From an uncultured Fibrobacterota bacterium (GTDB taxonomy: Bacteria; Fibrobacterota; Fibrobacteria; UBA5070): a stretch of DNA of 48,756 nucleotides. The stretch spans positions 1 to 48,756 of the forward strand of contig CAIKAA010000499.1 of assembly GCA_903825275.1 (NCBI GenBank). Direction: 5' to 3'. Each line of letters starts with the position of its first letter. Position 1 is the first letter of the stretch. Below are positions 32,599 to 40,506 of this stretch, piece after piece. Both the position numbers and the translations under genes were made by a program. The notes beneath the pieces were generated by a model. It worked only from the letters and a program-made list of their open reading frames with translations. It did not search any database and had not been told where the DNA came from.

Positions 32599-34404
32599 AT
32601 GGGAAACATCGGCCATCAAGTCGCCCCGCCGCGTCGCGGTGTGGCGATGATGCTTGTGTTGGTGCTGTCCGTGGTGATTTTGGCCATGGGCATGGCCATG
32701 ATCGGTCTTACCGGAGACGTGTTGGGAACCACCGTAGACACCAAAACCAAGATTCGCGCCCGCTACGCGGCCGAATCGTCCATTTCAGTCGCCATTGCCG
32801 ATGCCGTCTACCAGGCGGGCAACATTTTTGGCGGAGGAATCAGCGCGTCAAGCCGGGTGGTCAGTTTTGGCAACGACCAGGGGGAGGCCGACGTCAGTTC
32901 CGGCAACAATTTGGGCCAAGAAGTCATTTTGCAAAAACGCAGCCCCATGAACAACCTTCGCGGCAACAAGATCCCGCTCAAGATCGACGCCACGGGAACG
33001 TCGGGGTCGGCCACGGCGCGCATCTCGGCGAGCGTCGCCTTGTACCAGGTCCCGATCTACCAATTCGGCGTCTTTTACGAGGGAGCGTTGGAAATCACTC
33101 CGGGCCCCGACATGTTCGTGATGGGTCGGGTTCACACCAATGGCAATGCGTATTTCCGGGGAATCGCCTCGCTTTCCTTCCAGGGGCCGGTCACGGTGGC
33201 CGGCAACATCGTGCAGTGGAACCGAAGTTCCAGCGGGCATGTATTGTACCGGCGCAAACCCGATTCGACCACCAATTTGTACGAACCGGGGGGCTTGACC
33301 ACCACTCTGACGGCCATGACCGTCTCGTCCCAACCCCCTCCGGTTGGCGGGGTGAGCAATGCTCGTTTTGGGGAGACAAGACTTGTCCTTCCCATCGGCG
33401 TGGGAACGCCGCACAGCATTCTGGGGCCGCGAGATGGAGGCGATCCGGACGCCTTGAAACGCCAGAAATTTGATTGGATCGTCCAGGCCCGCTCCAGTTC
33501 AAATGCCCGGTTCGTCTACACCGGCATCGAGACGCCACCCAGCTGGATCACCGGGCCCAACGTCTTCTACGACCGTCGCGAGCTGAAATGGATCAAGGTT
33601 TGGGACTTCGATGTCGCGGCCCTAACGGCTTCGGCCAATCAAGACAGCATCTTCTATTTGGACGACTTGACCACCTCGACAATTCATGTCACCGGATCCG
33701 CCGACCAGGTCATCAATGCCTTCCGGATCAAGAATGGCACCGTGTTGCCGCGCAACATGACGATCGCCTGCGGCAAACCCGTCTACATCATGGGGAATTT
33801 CAACACCCAAGATGGGTCGGGAAATGTCAATGCCTACAAGAACGCCCAGATCGCTTCCGATGCCGTTTCCGTGTTGTCCGCCCAATGGCCGAGTTGGTCC
33901 AGAGCCAACATCGGTTCCGGCGGATTGACGGCTGCCAGTAGCTCGATGGAGCAGGCGTTTTCCACCGCCAATTGGGTTTCCTGCTCGGGCTGCCCGGCAG
34001 CCCAATCGGTGGCCACCACCGGCATCGCGCCCACCGCCGACATCCAAATCAATGCCGCCATGATCACGGGCAACAAGCCAAGCCGGGCCGACTGTCTGAC
34101 AATCGGAAACTCCGAATCCACTTACGAAGGCTGCTACGAAGGCGGCTGGCACAACACCTTGCGGTTTCTGGAAGATTGGTCGGGCAGGACTGTGACCTTC
34201 AAGGGGAGTTTCGTGTGCATGTGGGCGGCCCAGACGGCGGGTTTGCGCACCGATCCGGCCGTGCAGGTGATCAACAGCGGCTATTACTCGCCACCCAACC
34301 GCATTTGGGGCTACGACACGCGCTTCAACGACTTGAACAACATGCCGCCAGGGGCGCCTTTTTTGGCAACGGCGATCTTGACCAACTGGCTGGAACGGAA
34401 ATAA
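32599..34404 (+). CDS. Large PilX-N-terminal-domain protein (601 aa)
   Basis: The track ORF 32209..34404 overlaps the previous gene. ATG 32599 gives 'MGNIGHQVAPPRRGVAMMLVLVLSVVILAMGMAMIGL...ARYAAESSISVAIADAV', a PilX_N/GspK-type N-terminus. Confidence 0.6.
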   Translation: MGNIGHQVAPPRRGVAMMLVLVLSVVILAMGMAMIGLTGDVLGTTVDTKTKIRARYAAESSISVAIADAVYQAGNIFGGGISASSRVVSFGNDQGEADVSSGNNLGQEVILQKRSPMNNLRGNKIPLKIDATGTSGSATARISASVALYQVPIYQFGVFYEGALEITPGPDMFVMGRVHTNGNAYFRGIASLSFQGPVTVAGNIVQWNRSSSGHVLYRRKPDSTTNLYEPGGLTTTLTAMTVSSQPPPVGGVSNARFGETRLVLPIGVGTPHSILGPRDGGDPDALKRQKFDWIVQARSSSNARFVYTGIETPPSWITGPNVFYDRRELKWIKVWDFDVAALTASANQDSIFYLDDLTTSTIHVTGSADQVINAFRIKNGTVLPRNMTIACGKPVYIMGNFNTQDGSGNVNAYKNAQIASDAVSVLSAQWPSWSRANIGSGGLTAASSSMEQAFSTANWVSCSGCPAAQSVATTGIAPTADIQINAAMITGNKPSRADCLTIGNSESTYEGCYEGGWHNTLRFLEDWSGRTVTFKGSFVCMWAAQTAGLRTDPAVQVINSGYYSPPNRIWGYDTRFNDLNNMPPGAPFLATAILTNWLERK

Positions 34405-34444
34405 GCCACCCCGTAGTTGCCTCTCGGCTTTGTTCGTGTGCCCT

Positions 34445-34856
34445 GATTGCTGCTCGGGTTAAAACCCTGGCACCCTGCGGGTGCCCCGCCTGCTTTGTAA
34501 ACACGTAGCGGTCGCAGGATCCTCATAACAAAACTGCAGCTTTCGCTTTGCTAAAGAACCCTGCGAGGACTTTAGTCCGAGCCCATGCAGGATCGTTGGA
34601 TACCCGCTGCTCGGGTTAAAACCTTGGCACCCTGCGGGTGCCCCGCCTGCTTTGTAAACACCTAGCGGTCGCAGGATCCTTGAGACACATTGGTGCAGCT
34701 TTGCTTGCGAGCCCAGATTGCTGCTCGGGTTAAAACCCGGGCACCCTGCGGATGCCCCGCCTGCTTTGTAAACACCTAGCGGTCGCAGGACCCTCAAAAC
34801 AAAACTGCAGCCTTCGCTTTGCTAAAGAACCTTGCGAGGGTTTTAACCCGAGCCCA
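34445..34856. repeat. Three tandem copies of an intergenic repeat (about 130-140 bp; the middle copy is internally deleted) with terminal inverted repeats
   Basis: A core of about 78 bp (GATTGCTGCTCGGGTTAAAACCCTGGCACCCTGCGGGTGCCCCGCCTGCTTTGTAAACACNTAGCGGTCGCAGGATCCT) occurs at 34445-34523, 34604-34680 and 34716-34794. Copies 1 and 3 carry a shared tail of about 62 bp. In copy 3, GCTCGGGTTAAAACCC (34723-34738) is the perfect reverse complement of 34838-34853. There is an internal hairpin GGCACCC-TGC-GGGTGCC. Confidence 0.9.
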
Positions 34857-34994
34857 TTTAGGATGGAACCCTTCACGCGGCTCGGGTCTGAGAACACGAA
34901 GCAAGCTTCGGGCTATCAGAGGATCCACCGTGTCCAGCCACGCTTCCAAGTTGGTTCTTGACGAGACCTGTCGAGGAATGGGACTCTAAAGACG

Positions 34995-35840
34995 ATGCTA
35001 TCGATCATCGGTGTATTAGTTGTGACCTTCGGAGTGCTCGGAGGATTCATCATGGCAGGAGGCAACCTCCTGGCTTTGATCCAACCTTCCGAATTCATCA
35101 CCTTGGGTTGTGCCGCGACTGGCGGCATGTTGATCTGCACGCCCGGCTACACCCTTTCGGCAACCATGAAGAAAATCCCCAAGATTTTTGGGATCGGTTT
35201 GAGCAGCCAAGATTTTCTCGACATCCTGGTGATGCAATACGAGCTCTACAACAAGGTTCGTAAGGAAGGCATCCTTTCCATCGAACAGGATGTGACCATT
35301 CCTTCCAACAGCGTGGTGTTCAAGAAGTTCCCCAAGTTCCTCGACAACCACGAGGCGGTCGATTTTTACTGCGACGCCTTGCGCCAGCTGGTGAACGGAA
35401 TCGATGCCGGAGCCATCGATTTGTCCATCGAGACCGATCTGGAAACCCACGAGAAGGAAATCAAGGGGATTCCCACCGTCTTGGCGCGCGTGGCGGATGC
35501 CTTCCCGGGGCTTGGCATCGTGGCAGCGGTGTTGGGAATCATCATCACGATGTCCAAGCTGGATGCCCCTCCTGCCGAGCTGGGGGAGCACATCGGTGCG
35601 GCGCTGGTGGGGACCTTTCTGGGCGTTTTGCTGGCCTATGGGTTCATCAACCCGATGAGCCAAAAACTGGAAACGATCAACGCCGAAGAAGAAATGTACC
35701 TGGCCTGTTTGGCCTCGGGATTTCGCGCCTTCTCCCAAGGCTTGGCCCCCATGGTGGCCATTGAAGTCGCCCGCAAGTCCCTTTACCACGTCTACCGACC
35801 GGACCTTGAAACGCTGTCCAACGCAGCCAAGAAGGGGTAA
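34995..35840 (+). CDS. motA: Flagellar stator protein MotA
   Basis: 'MLSIIGVLVVTFGVLGGFIMAGGNLLALIQPSEFITLGCAATGG' parallels the MotA N-terminus. The C-terminal TM pair 'FPGLGIVAAVLGIIITM...GAALVGTFLGVLLAYGF' is present. It is followed by motB. Confidence 0.92.
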   Translation: MLSIIGVLVVTFGVLGGFIMAGGNLLALIQPSEFITLGCAATGGMLICTPGYTLSATMKKIPKIFGIGLSSQDFLDILVMQYELYNKVRKEGILSIEQDVTIPSNSVVFKKFPKFLDNHEAVDFYCDALRQLVNGIDAGAIDLSIETDLETHEKEIKGIPTVLARVADAFPGLGIVAAVLGIIITMSKLDAPPAELGEHIGAALVGTFLGVLLAYGFINPMSQKLETINAEEEMYLACLASGFRAFSQGLAPMVAIEVARKSLYHVYRPDLETLSNAAKKG

Positions 35841-35843
35841 CCG

Positions 35844-36689
35844 GTGGCGGACAAGGACAAGGATGGTGGGATCCAGGCGCCGCCGAAAAAGCACAAGCAT
35901 GGCCATCCTCCGCATGGTGGTGCGTGGAAAGTGGCCTTCGCCGACTTCATGACCTCGATGTTCGCGCTCTTCCTGGTGCTGTGGATCATTTCGAGCACCT
36001 CGGCTTCCCAAAAAGAGGCCATTGCCCAATACTTCCAGCACCCCACCGTGTTCCAATCGGGTTCCAGTTCCCCCATGAACATGGGCGGCGCGACCTTGGA
36101 CAAGAAAAAGGGCGAGGGAATGGAGTCGGACCAAAAGACCTACGAGACCAAGAAGATGAAAAGCGTCGATTCCGCCTTGGCGGCCGATTCCCTGCTGAGG
36201 AAATTGGGCAACCAATTCAAAACGCGGATGACCGAGCAAGGCTTGGAAATCCAGGTTTCCGATGCCCAGGGGTTGGGGACCTTCGAGCTTGGATCGGCTC
36301 GGATCAATCCCCAAATGGTGGAACCTTTGCAGCACATGGCCAAGGTGTTGGCCGAGTTGAACAACCGCATGGTCATTTCGGGACACACCGATCGCTACGC
36401 CTATTCCGGAAAAGGCTACTCCAATTGGCAACTGTCATCCGATCGCGCCAACGCCGTTCGCGACGCCTTCACCTCGACGGGAATTCCCTCGGAACGGTTC
36501 AATGCCGTGATCGGTTATGGCGACACCGAGCTTTCCAAGCCAGACGACCCCTACGCTCCGGAAAATCGCCGGGTGACGATTCTTGTCCTCAAACAGGATG
36601 CCACCACGATTCCCGCCACCGCCCAAGAAGGAAAACCTTCCGAAAAAGACGAATGGCATCCTCTGGGCGAGACCGTCAAAAAACACTGA
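35844..36689 (+). CDS. motB: Flagellar stator protein MotB (OmpA-like C-terminal domain)
   Basis: 'GGAWKVAFADFMTSMFALFLVLWII' is the MotB plug/TM with the conserved Asp. The OmpA-like region is 'ISGHTDRYAYSGKGYSNWQLSSDRANAVRDAF...GYGDTEL...ENRRVTILV'. GTG start. Confidence 0.92.
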   Translation: MADKDKDGGIQAPPKKHKHGHPPHGGAWKVAFADFMTSMFALFLVLWIISSTSASQKEAIAQYFQHPTVFQSGSSSPMNMGGATLDKKKGEGMESDQKTYETKKMKSVDSALAADSLLRKLGNQFKTRMTEQGLEIQVSDAQGLGTFELGSARINPQMVEPLQHMAKVLAELNNRMVISGHTDRYAYSGKGYSNWQLSSDRANAVRDAFTSTGIPSERFNAVIGYGDTELSKPDDPYAPENRRVTILVLKQDATTIPATAQEGKPSEKDEWHPLGETVKKH

Positions 36690-36870
36690 GCCCGGGAGCT
36701 TGAGTTCGATTTTCTGGCGCAGCTTTTTGGCCTACGAAAGAGACCAGCGGCATCTCGCCTTGGCGGTTGGCAAGCGCCCGAGTCGCACCAATCCGTGCCT
36801 CGTTTCCGTCAGGATCGGATGCCCTGCATTCCGCCAGGGGATCCATCGTTTCCGTGGGACATCACATGAC

Positions 36871-36912
36871 AAAAAAACGTCCATCTCCTTCGATCGGAAA
36901 TGGACGTTTTGG
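36871..36912. terminator. Bidirectional intrinsic terminator between motB and the convergent HTH gene
   Basis: AAAAAAACGTCCAT-(15 nt)-ATGGACGTTTTGG has a perfect 11-bp inverted repeat (AAAACGTCCAT/ATGGACGTTTT). It is flanked by A7 on the left (T7 on the minus strand) and T4 on the right. A second hairpin, TTCTGGTCT-(12 nt)-AGACCAGAA, lies at 36934-36963. Confidence 0.7.
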
Positions 36913-36969
36913 ATTCTTACCAAGCACCTGGTTTTCTGGTCTGGGGGTGGTCCGAGACCAGAAACGAAC

Positions 36970-37377
36970 TCAGGCTTTGAGGACCTTCAAGGCGGCCGCG
37001 ACTTGCTTTTCCAGCACCGGAAGTCCGGCTTTCTTGAGTTCTTTGCGGACCGCGTCCAACGACGAGATCGCTTCGGAGACCGCTTCGTTTACGGCCAGGC
37101 CATACACGATGCCTTGTTCCGAGGGCTCGCGGGTCACCGCGTATCCGAGCTCGCGCACACGATCGACTTCGCGAGCCAGAGTGCGTGGGTGCACATCGAA
37201 ACCGCGCTTGGCGAGTTCCTTGAGCACGGTGGCCTCGGGAGCAGGACCTTCCTGTTCCTTGAGGGTGTCGATCAGAGCCTTCATTTTGCGGGCTTGAACG
37301 ACGTAGGACGCCTCGCCCCGATCGACCTTGGGCTTCGATGCGCGGGCTGGTTTTGCTTTGGCCTTAGTATTCGCCAT
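36970..37377 (-). CDS. Small basic protein with a Lys/Ala-rich tail and a winged-HTH-like segment
   Basis: 'MANTKAKAKPARASKPKVDRG' is a histone-H1-like basic tail. 'VLKELAKRGFDVHPRTLAREVDRVRELGYAV' resembles HTH_11/DeoR-type 'RTixRDixxLxxxGyxi'. No firm family assignment. Confidence 0.4.
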   Translation of the reverse strand: MANTKAKAKPARASKPKVDRGEASYVVQARKMKALIDTLKEQEGPAPEATVLKELAKRGFDVHPRTLAREVDRVRELGYAVTREPSEQGIVYGLAVNEAVSEAISSLDAVRKELKKAGLPVLEKQVAAALKVLKA

Positions 37378-37697
37378 GATTGCCTCCTTTTGGTACTTGC
37401 GTAGGGATCTGTCACAGGTCGGTCATATCCGACGGCTGTCGATTTCTGACGACAACCTAGATGATCACATGATTGTAGTGCAAGGTCAAGGGCGGAATTT
37501 GTCAAGAGTTTTGATGATTTGTTGGGAATTTGATTGATTTCCGTTCGCAAATTGAGCGACGAGTTCCGTCCAAGGGCAAAGCCCAGTCCTCTGAACCCCC
37601 TAAACGAGGGAAGTTGGGAACGAGAAAAGGACCGCTTCTGCCGACCGGGGTTTTGCGCCGGACCGATTCTCCGTCTGGTTGTACCTTTCCCCCCACC

Positions 37698-38051
37698 ATG
37701 TCCGAGCCGAAACAGCAAGATGGGGGCCTGATCGAGGCCCTTGACCAGGTTCTTGAGGAGCGCAAATCCCAGGATCCCTCCCAATCCTATGTCGCCAAGC
37801 TTTACCTCAAGGGTTTGCCCAAGATTTTGGAAAAAATCGAGGAAGAATGCCGCGAGACCATTGAAGCGGCTTCCGAGGACGAAACCGACCACTTGGTCTA
37901 TGAGGTCGGCGACCTTTGGTTCCACACCTTGGTTTTGCTCCACCACAAGGGAAGAACCGGCGCGGACGTGCTGCAGGAATTGGGACGCCGATTCGGCGTT
38001 TCAGGGATTGTCGAAAAGGCCTCGCGGCCGGTCAAGGAGAAGGCAGAATGA
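37698..38051 (+). CDS. hisE: Phosphoribosyl-ATP pyrophosphatase HisE
   Basis: ATG 37698 lies inside track ORF 37530..38051. 'SYVAKLYLKGLPKILEKIEEECRETIEAASEDE..HLVYEVGDLWFHTLVLLHHKG' is the HisE MazG-like helix pair. Confidence 0.85.
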   Translation: MSEPKQQDGGLIEALDQVLEERKSQDPSQSYVAKLYLKGLPKILEKIEEECRETIEAASEDETDHLVYEVGDLWFHTLVLLHHKGRTGADVLQELGRRFGVSGIVEKASRPVKEKAE

Positions 38052-38893
38052 TCCAGATCGGAATTCCCTCCAAGGGCCGACTCCACGAACCGATCGTCGC
38101 CCTTTTGAAGCAGGCGGGGTACCGGTTTCGGGTCGACGGCCGCAGTTTGCGCATCGTGTGCAACGGATCCAATACCTCGTTGGTGTTGTTGCGCACCGAC
38201 GACATCTCCACGCTGGTGTCGGCGGGAATTCTGGACGCGGGGATCAGCACCCAGGACATCGTGGAAGAGAGCCAGGCCGAAGTCGTCGAGGTCATGAAGC
38301 TCGACATGGGCCATTGCCGCATCGTGGTGGCGGTTCCGGAAAACGGGCCGTTCCATCAGCCCAAAGATTTGGATGGCAAGACCATCGCCACGTCCTTCCC
38401 TCGCCTTTCTGGCAATTTCTTTGAAAAGCACGGCGCTGCCCCGCGGTTTGTGGAAGTGGGTGGGTCGTGCGAAGCCATGGTTCCGCTGGGCATGGCCGAG
38501 GCGATCGTCGACATCACCGAAACCGGAAATTCGCTGCGCGACAACGGGCTTCGCATTCTTTCGGAAATCGGATCGTACCAGACCGTTCTGGTGGTGAGGC
38601 CCGAGCGAATCGAGGATCCCGAAATCAAGCAATTGGCTCGGCGCATCCAGGGGGCCATGATCGCCCAGACCTACCGCTTGATGGAATACAACATTCCCCG
38701 CAGTCGCTTGGCCGAAGCGGAAAAGATCACGCCTGGTTTCCAAAGCCCGACCGTGACCGCTTTGGAAGATGCCGCTTGGTGCGCGGTTCGCGCCTTGGTC
38801 CCCCAAAAACAATCGGGCAAAATCATGGATGAATTGGAAGCTTTGGGCGCGACGGCCATCATCCAGTTCGGAATCGAAAACTGTCGGCTTTAA
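38048..38893 (+). CDS. hisG: ATP phosphoribosyltransferase HisG (long form)
   Basis: ATG 38048 overlaps the hisE stop (ATGA). 'MIQIGIPSKGRLHEPIVALLKQAGY', 'LLRTDDISTLVSAGILDAGISTQDIV' and 'AEAIVDITETGNSLRDNGL' are present. The C-terminal regulatory part (281 aa total) is also there. Confidence 0.9.
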   Translation: MIQIGIPSKGRLHEPIVALLKQAGYRFRVDGRSLRIVCNGSNTSLVLLRTDDISTLVSAGILDAGISTQDIVEESQAEVVEVMKLDMGHCRIVVAVPENGPFHQPKDLDGKTIATSFPRLSGNFFEKHGAAPRFVEVGGSCEAMVPLGMAEAIVDITETGNSLRDNGLRILSEIGSYQTVLVVRPERIEDPEIKQLARRIQGAMIAQTYRLMEYNIPRSRLAEAEKITPGFQSPTVTALEDAAWCAVRALVPQKQSGKIMDELEALGATAIIQFGIENCRL

Positions 38894-38915
38894 CCGAAGC
38901 GACCCGGGGACCAGC

Positions 38916-39695
38916 ATGATCCAATCGTATCCTCCCAAAAGCCGATTCGTTCGAGCCCTTGGCTTGCTGCGCGGCTTGTGTTTTTTCGGCCTGCTCATCT
39001 TCTCGATTCTCTTCTTTGGATTTTCCTTGATTCCCGCGGCGATCTACTTCAAGCGGGCGGCCTTCATTCGTTGGATGAATCGCACCTATTTGGGAATGGC
39101 CCACCCCTTGTTCGGGATCAAATTCGATGTCCGGGGCAAGGAAAATTTTTCTTCCCGCAACACGGTGATGGTCTGCAACCACCAAAGCTGGCTCGACATC
39201 ACCACCCTGATGTTGGAGGTGAAGTATCCCGCTTTCCTCGCCAAGAAAGAGATCGAGAGATGGCCCTTCTTTGGTGGGGCGATGAAGGTGGTTGATTGCG
39301 TGTTTGTGGATCGAAACGATCGCCGTTCCCGCCAGGTGGTGGCAACGGACATCAAGGCCAAGCTGGCCCGAGGTGTCGACTTCTGCATCTTCCCCGAGGG
39401 CACGCGCAGCCCAGATGGGCGCATGAAGGATTTTGCGACGGGTGCCTTTCGCATCGCGGTGGATGCCGAAGCCATGCTGACACCGGTCGTGATCGACGAG
39501 TCCTGGTGGATTTTGAACAAGCGAGGCATCCGTTTGTACCCGGGAACGGTGCGGGTGCGGGTGCTGCCGCCCATCGACACCCGATTGGAAGAAAACCGCG
39601 ACTCCAAAGAGCTGACCAAGCGCGTCCAGGCGATCATGGCCGAGGCCCTGGCCCAAATGCGTCAAGAGCCCGAAGCGTCCGGGTTCGCTGGCTGA
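38916..39695 (+). CDS. plsC: 1-acyl-sn-glycerol-3-phosphate acyltransferase (PlsC family)
   Basis: ATG 38916 lies inside track ORF 38769..39695. It has an N-terminal TM, the HX4D box 'VCNHQSWLDI', 'FLAKKEIERWPFFG', 'FVDRNDRRS' and 'IFPEGTRSPDG'. Confidence 0.88.
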   Translation: MIQSYPPKSRFVRALGLLRGLCFFGLLIFSILFFGFSLIPAAIYFKRAAFIRWMNRTYLGMAHPLFGIKFDVRGKENFSSRNTVMVCNHQSWLDITTLMLEVKYPAFLAKKEIERWPFFGGAMKVVDCVFVDRNDRRSRQVVATDIKAKLARGVDFCIFPEGTRSPDGRMKDFATGAFRIAVDAEAMLTPVVIDESWWILNKRGIRLYPGTVRVRVLPPIDTRLEENRDSKELTKRVQAIMAEALAQMRQEPEASGFAG

Positions 39696-39837
39696 GGCGA
39701 AGGCGTAGGCCGCTCGTTCCGCGACGATTGCATCCACACCACTCCCGATCCCGACAGGGCCAACATCGAACAAGACACTCGCAGTCCGATTCCTGCACAG
39801 TTTTGTCCACCGTGGTGTTTCCGTCCTCCATATCGGG

Positions 39838-39852
39838 TGGCACAAGAATTGA
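39838..39852 (+). promoter_or_regulatory. Sigma-54-like -24/-12 element (TGGCAC-N5-TTGA), second copy
   Basis: TGGCACAAGAATTGA lies 42 nt upstream of ATG 39894. It is the same TTGA variant as at 25996, and the gene has GGAG 6 nt before the ATG. Confidence 0.35.
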
Positions 39853-39893
39853 CCTAGTCTCGGATGTTCGTTTCTAACCCATTGGAGTGCATC

Positions 39894-40430
39894 ATGCGGC
39901 TGTTCCCCTTGTTTCTCGTCCTCAGTGTCGCGATTTCCTATGCCGAAGAATCCATTTCCCCGAATCCGGTCGTTCGCATGTCCTTGGGAATTCCGGTGTT
40001 GTCCGTACTCGGTGAGCTAGGTCTCGAGGGGCGAATTCTGGTTGGCTCGGATGCATCGCCTTGGCGATTTGGTGGAGAGGCAATCGGCCTCTCGGAATTT
40101 TCTTTCGACCAGCCCTCCAGAGGCCTGAGTGCCACCAACGCCTGCCTCGGTTACGAATTTTCTCCCACTGGCCCCGTCTCCGTGATGTTGATCGGGGGCT
40201 TGGGCTGGGCAAAGTGGACCGATCACGGCGCACTGATACCCGATGAGGGAATGTTTCACCTCGGAAATACTTACGAAAGCGTCAAAGGATCCGGCCCCGC
40301 GCTTCTGGTCGAAACCAGTGCCGGAAGTTCCTTCGGCAGGGTGCTCGGTATTTCGATCAACGGTGGAGTGTTGTTGAGCCATCATCCCACCGCCTTCGCG
40401 GATTTGATGCTGGATGTCGGGAATTGGTGA
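39894..40430 (+). CDS. Small secreted protein, possibly an 8-stranded outer-membrane beta-barrel
   Basis: ATG 39894 gives the signal peptide 'MRLFPLFLVLSVAISYA/EE'. The sequence has alternating-hydrophobicity, Gly-rich strands and ends in 'LMLDVGNW' (a C-terminal aromatic residue as in OM barrels). Confidence 0.45.
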   Translation: MRLFPLFLVLSVAISYAEESISPNPVVRMSLGIPVLSVLGELGLEGRILVGSDASPWRFGGEAIGLSEFSFDQPSRGLSATNACLGYEFSPTGPVSVMLIGGLGWAKWTDHGALIPDEGMFHLGNTYESVKGSGPALLVETSAGSSFGRVLGISINGGVLLSHHPTAFADLMLDVGNW

Positions 40431-40506
40431 GCCGTTGCCCAGGTCGACCCGTACAACGCCAACGGCAAGTTGTGTTCCTCGGCACCCAGGCCCAGGCCGA
40501 GCGGTC

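Noticed and set aside
33735-33748. Other TGGCAC sites: TGGCAC-CGTG-TTGC at 33735 (inside the pilX-like gene), TGGCAC-N6-TTGC near 34128, and the TGGCAC inside each copy of the 34.4-kb repeat.
   Set aside because: The spacing is wrong by +/-1-2 nt, the sites are intragenic, or TGGCAC is simply part of the GGCACCC/GGGTGCC hairpin arm.
34445-34856. Possible CRISPR array (regularly spaced repeats in an intergenic region).
   Set aside because: There are only three repeats, each about 78 bp long, far longer than CRISPR repeats. The 'spacers' are themselves homologous to each other (a shared tail of about 62 bp). The units have terminal inverted repeats, and no cas genes are nearby.
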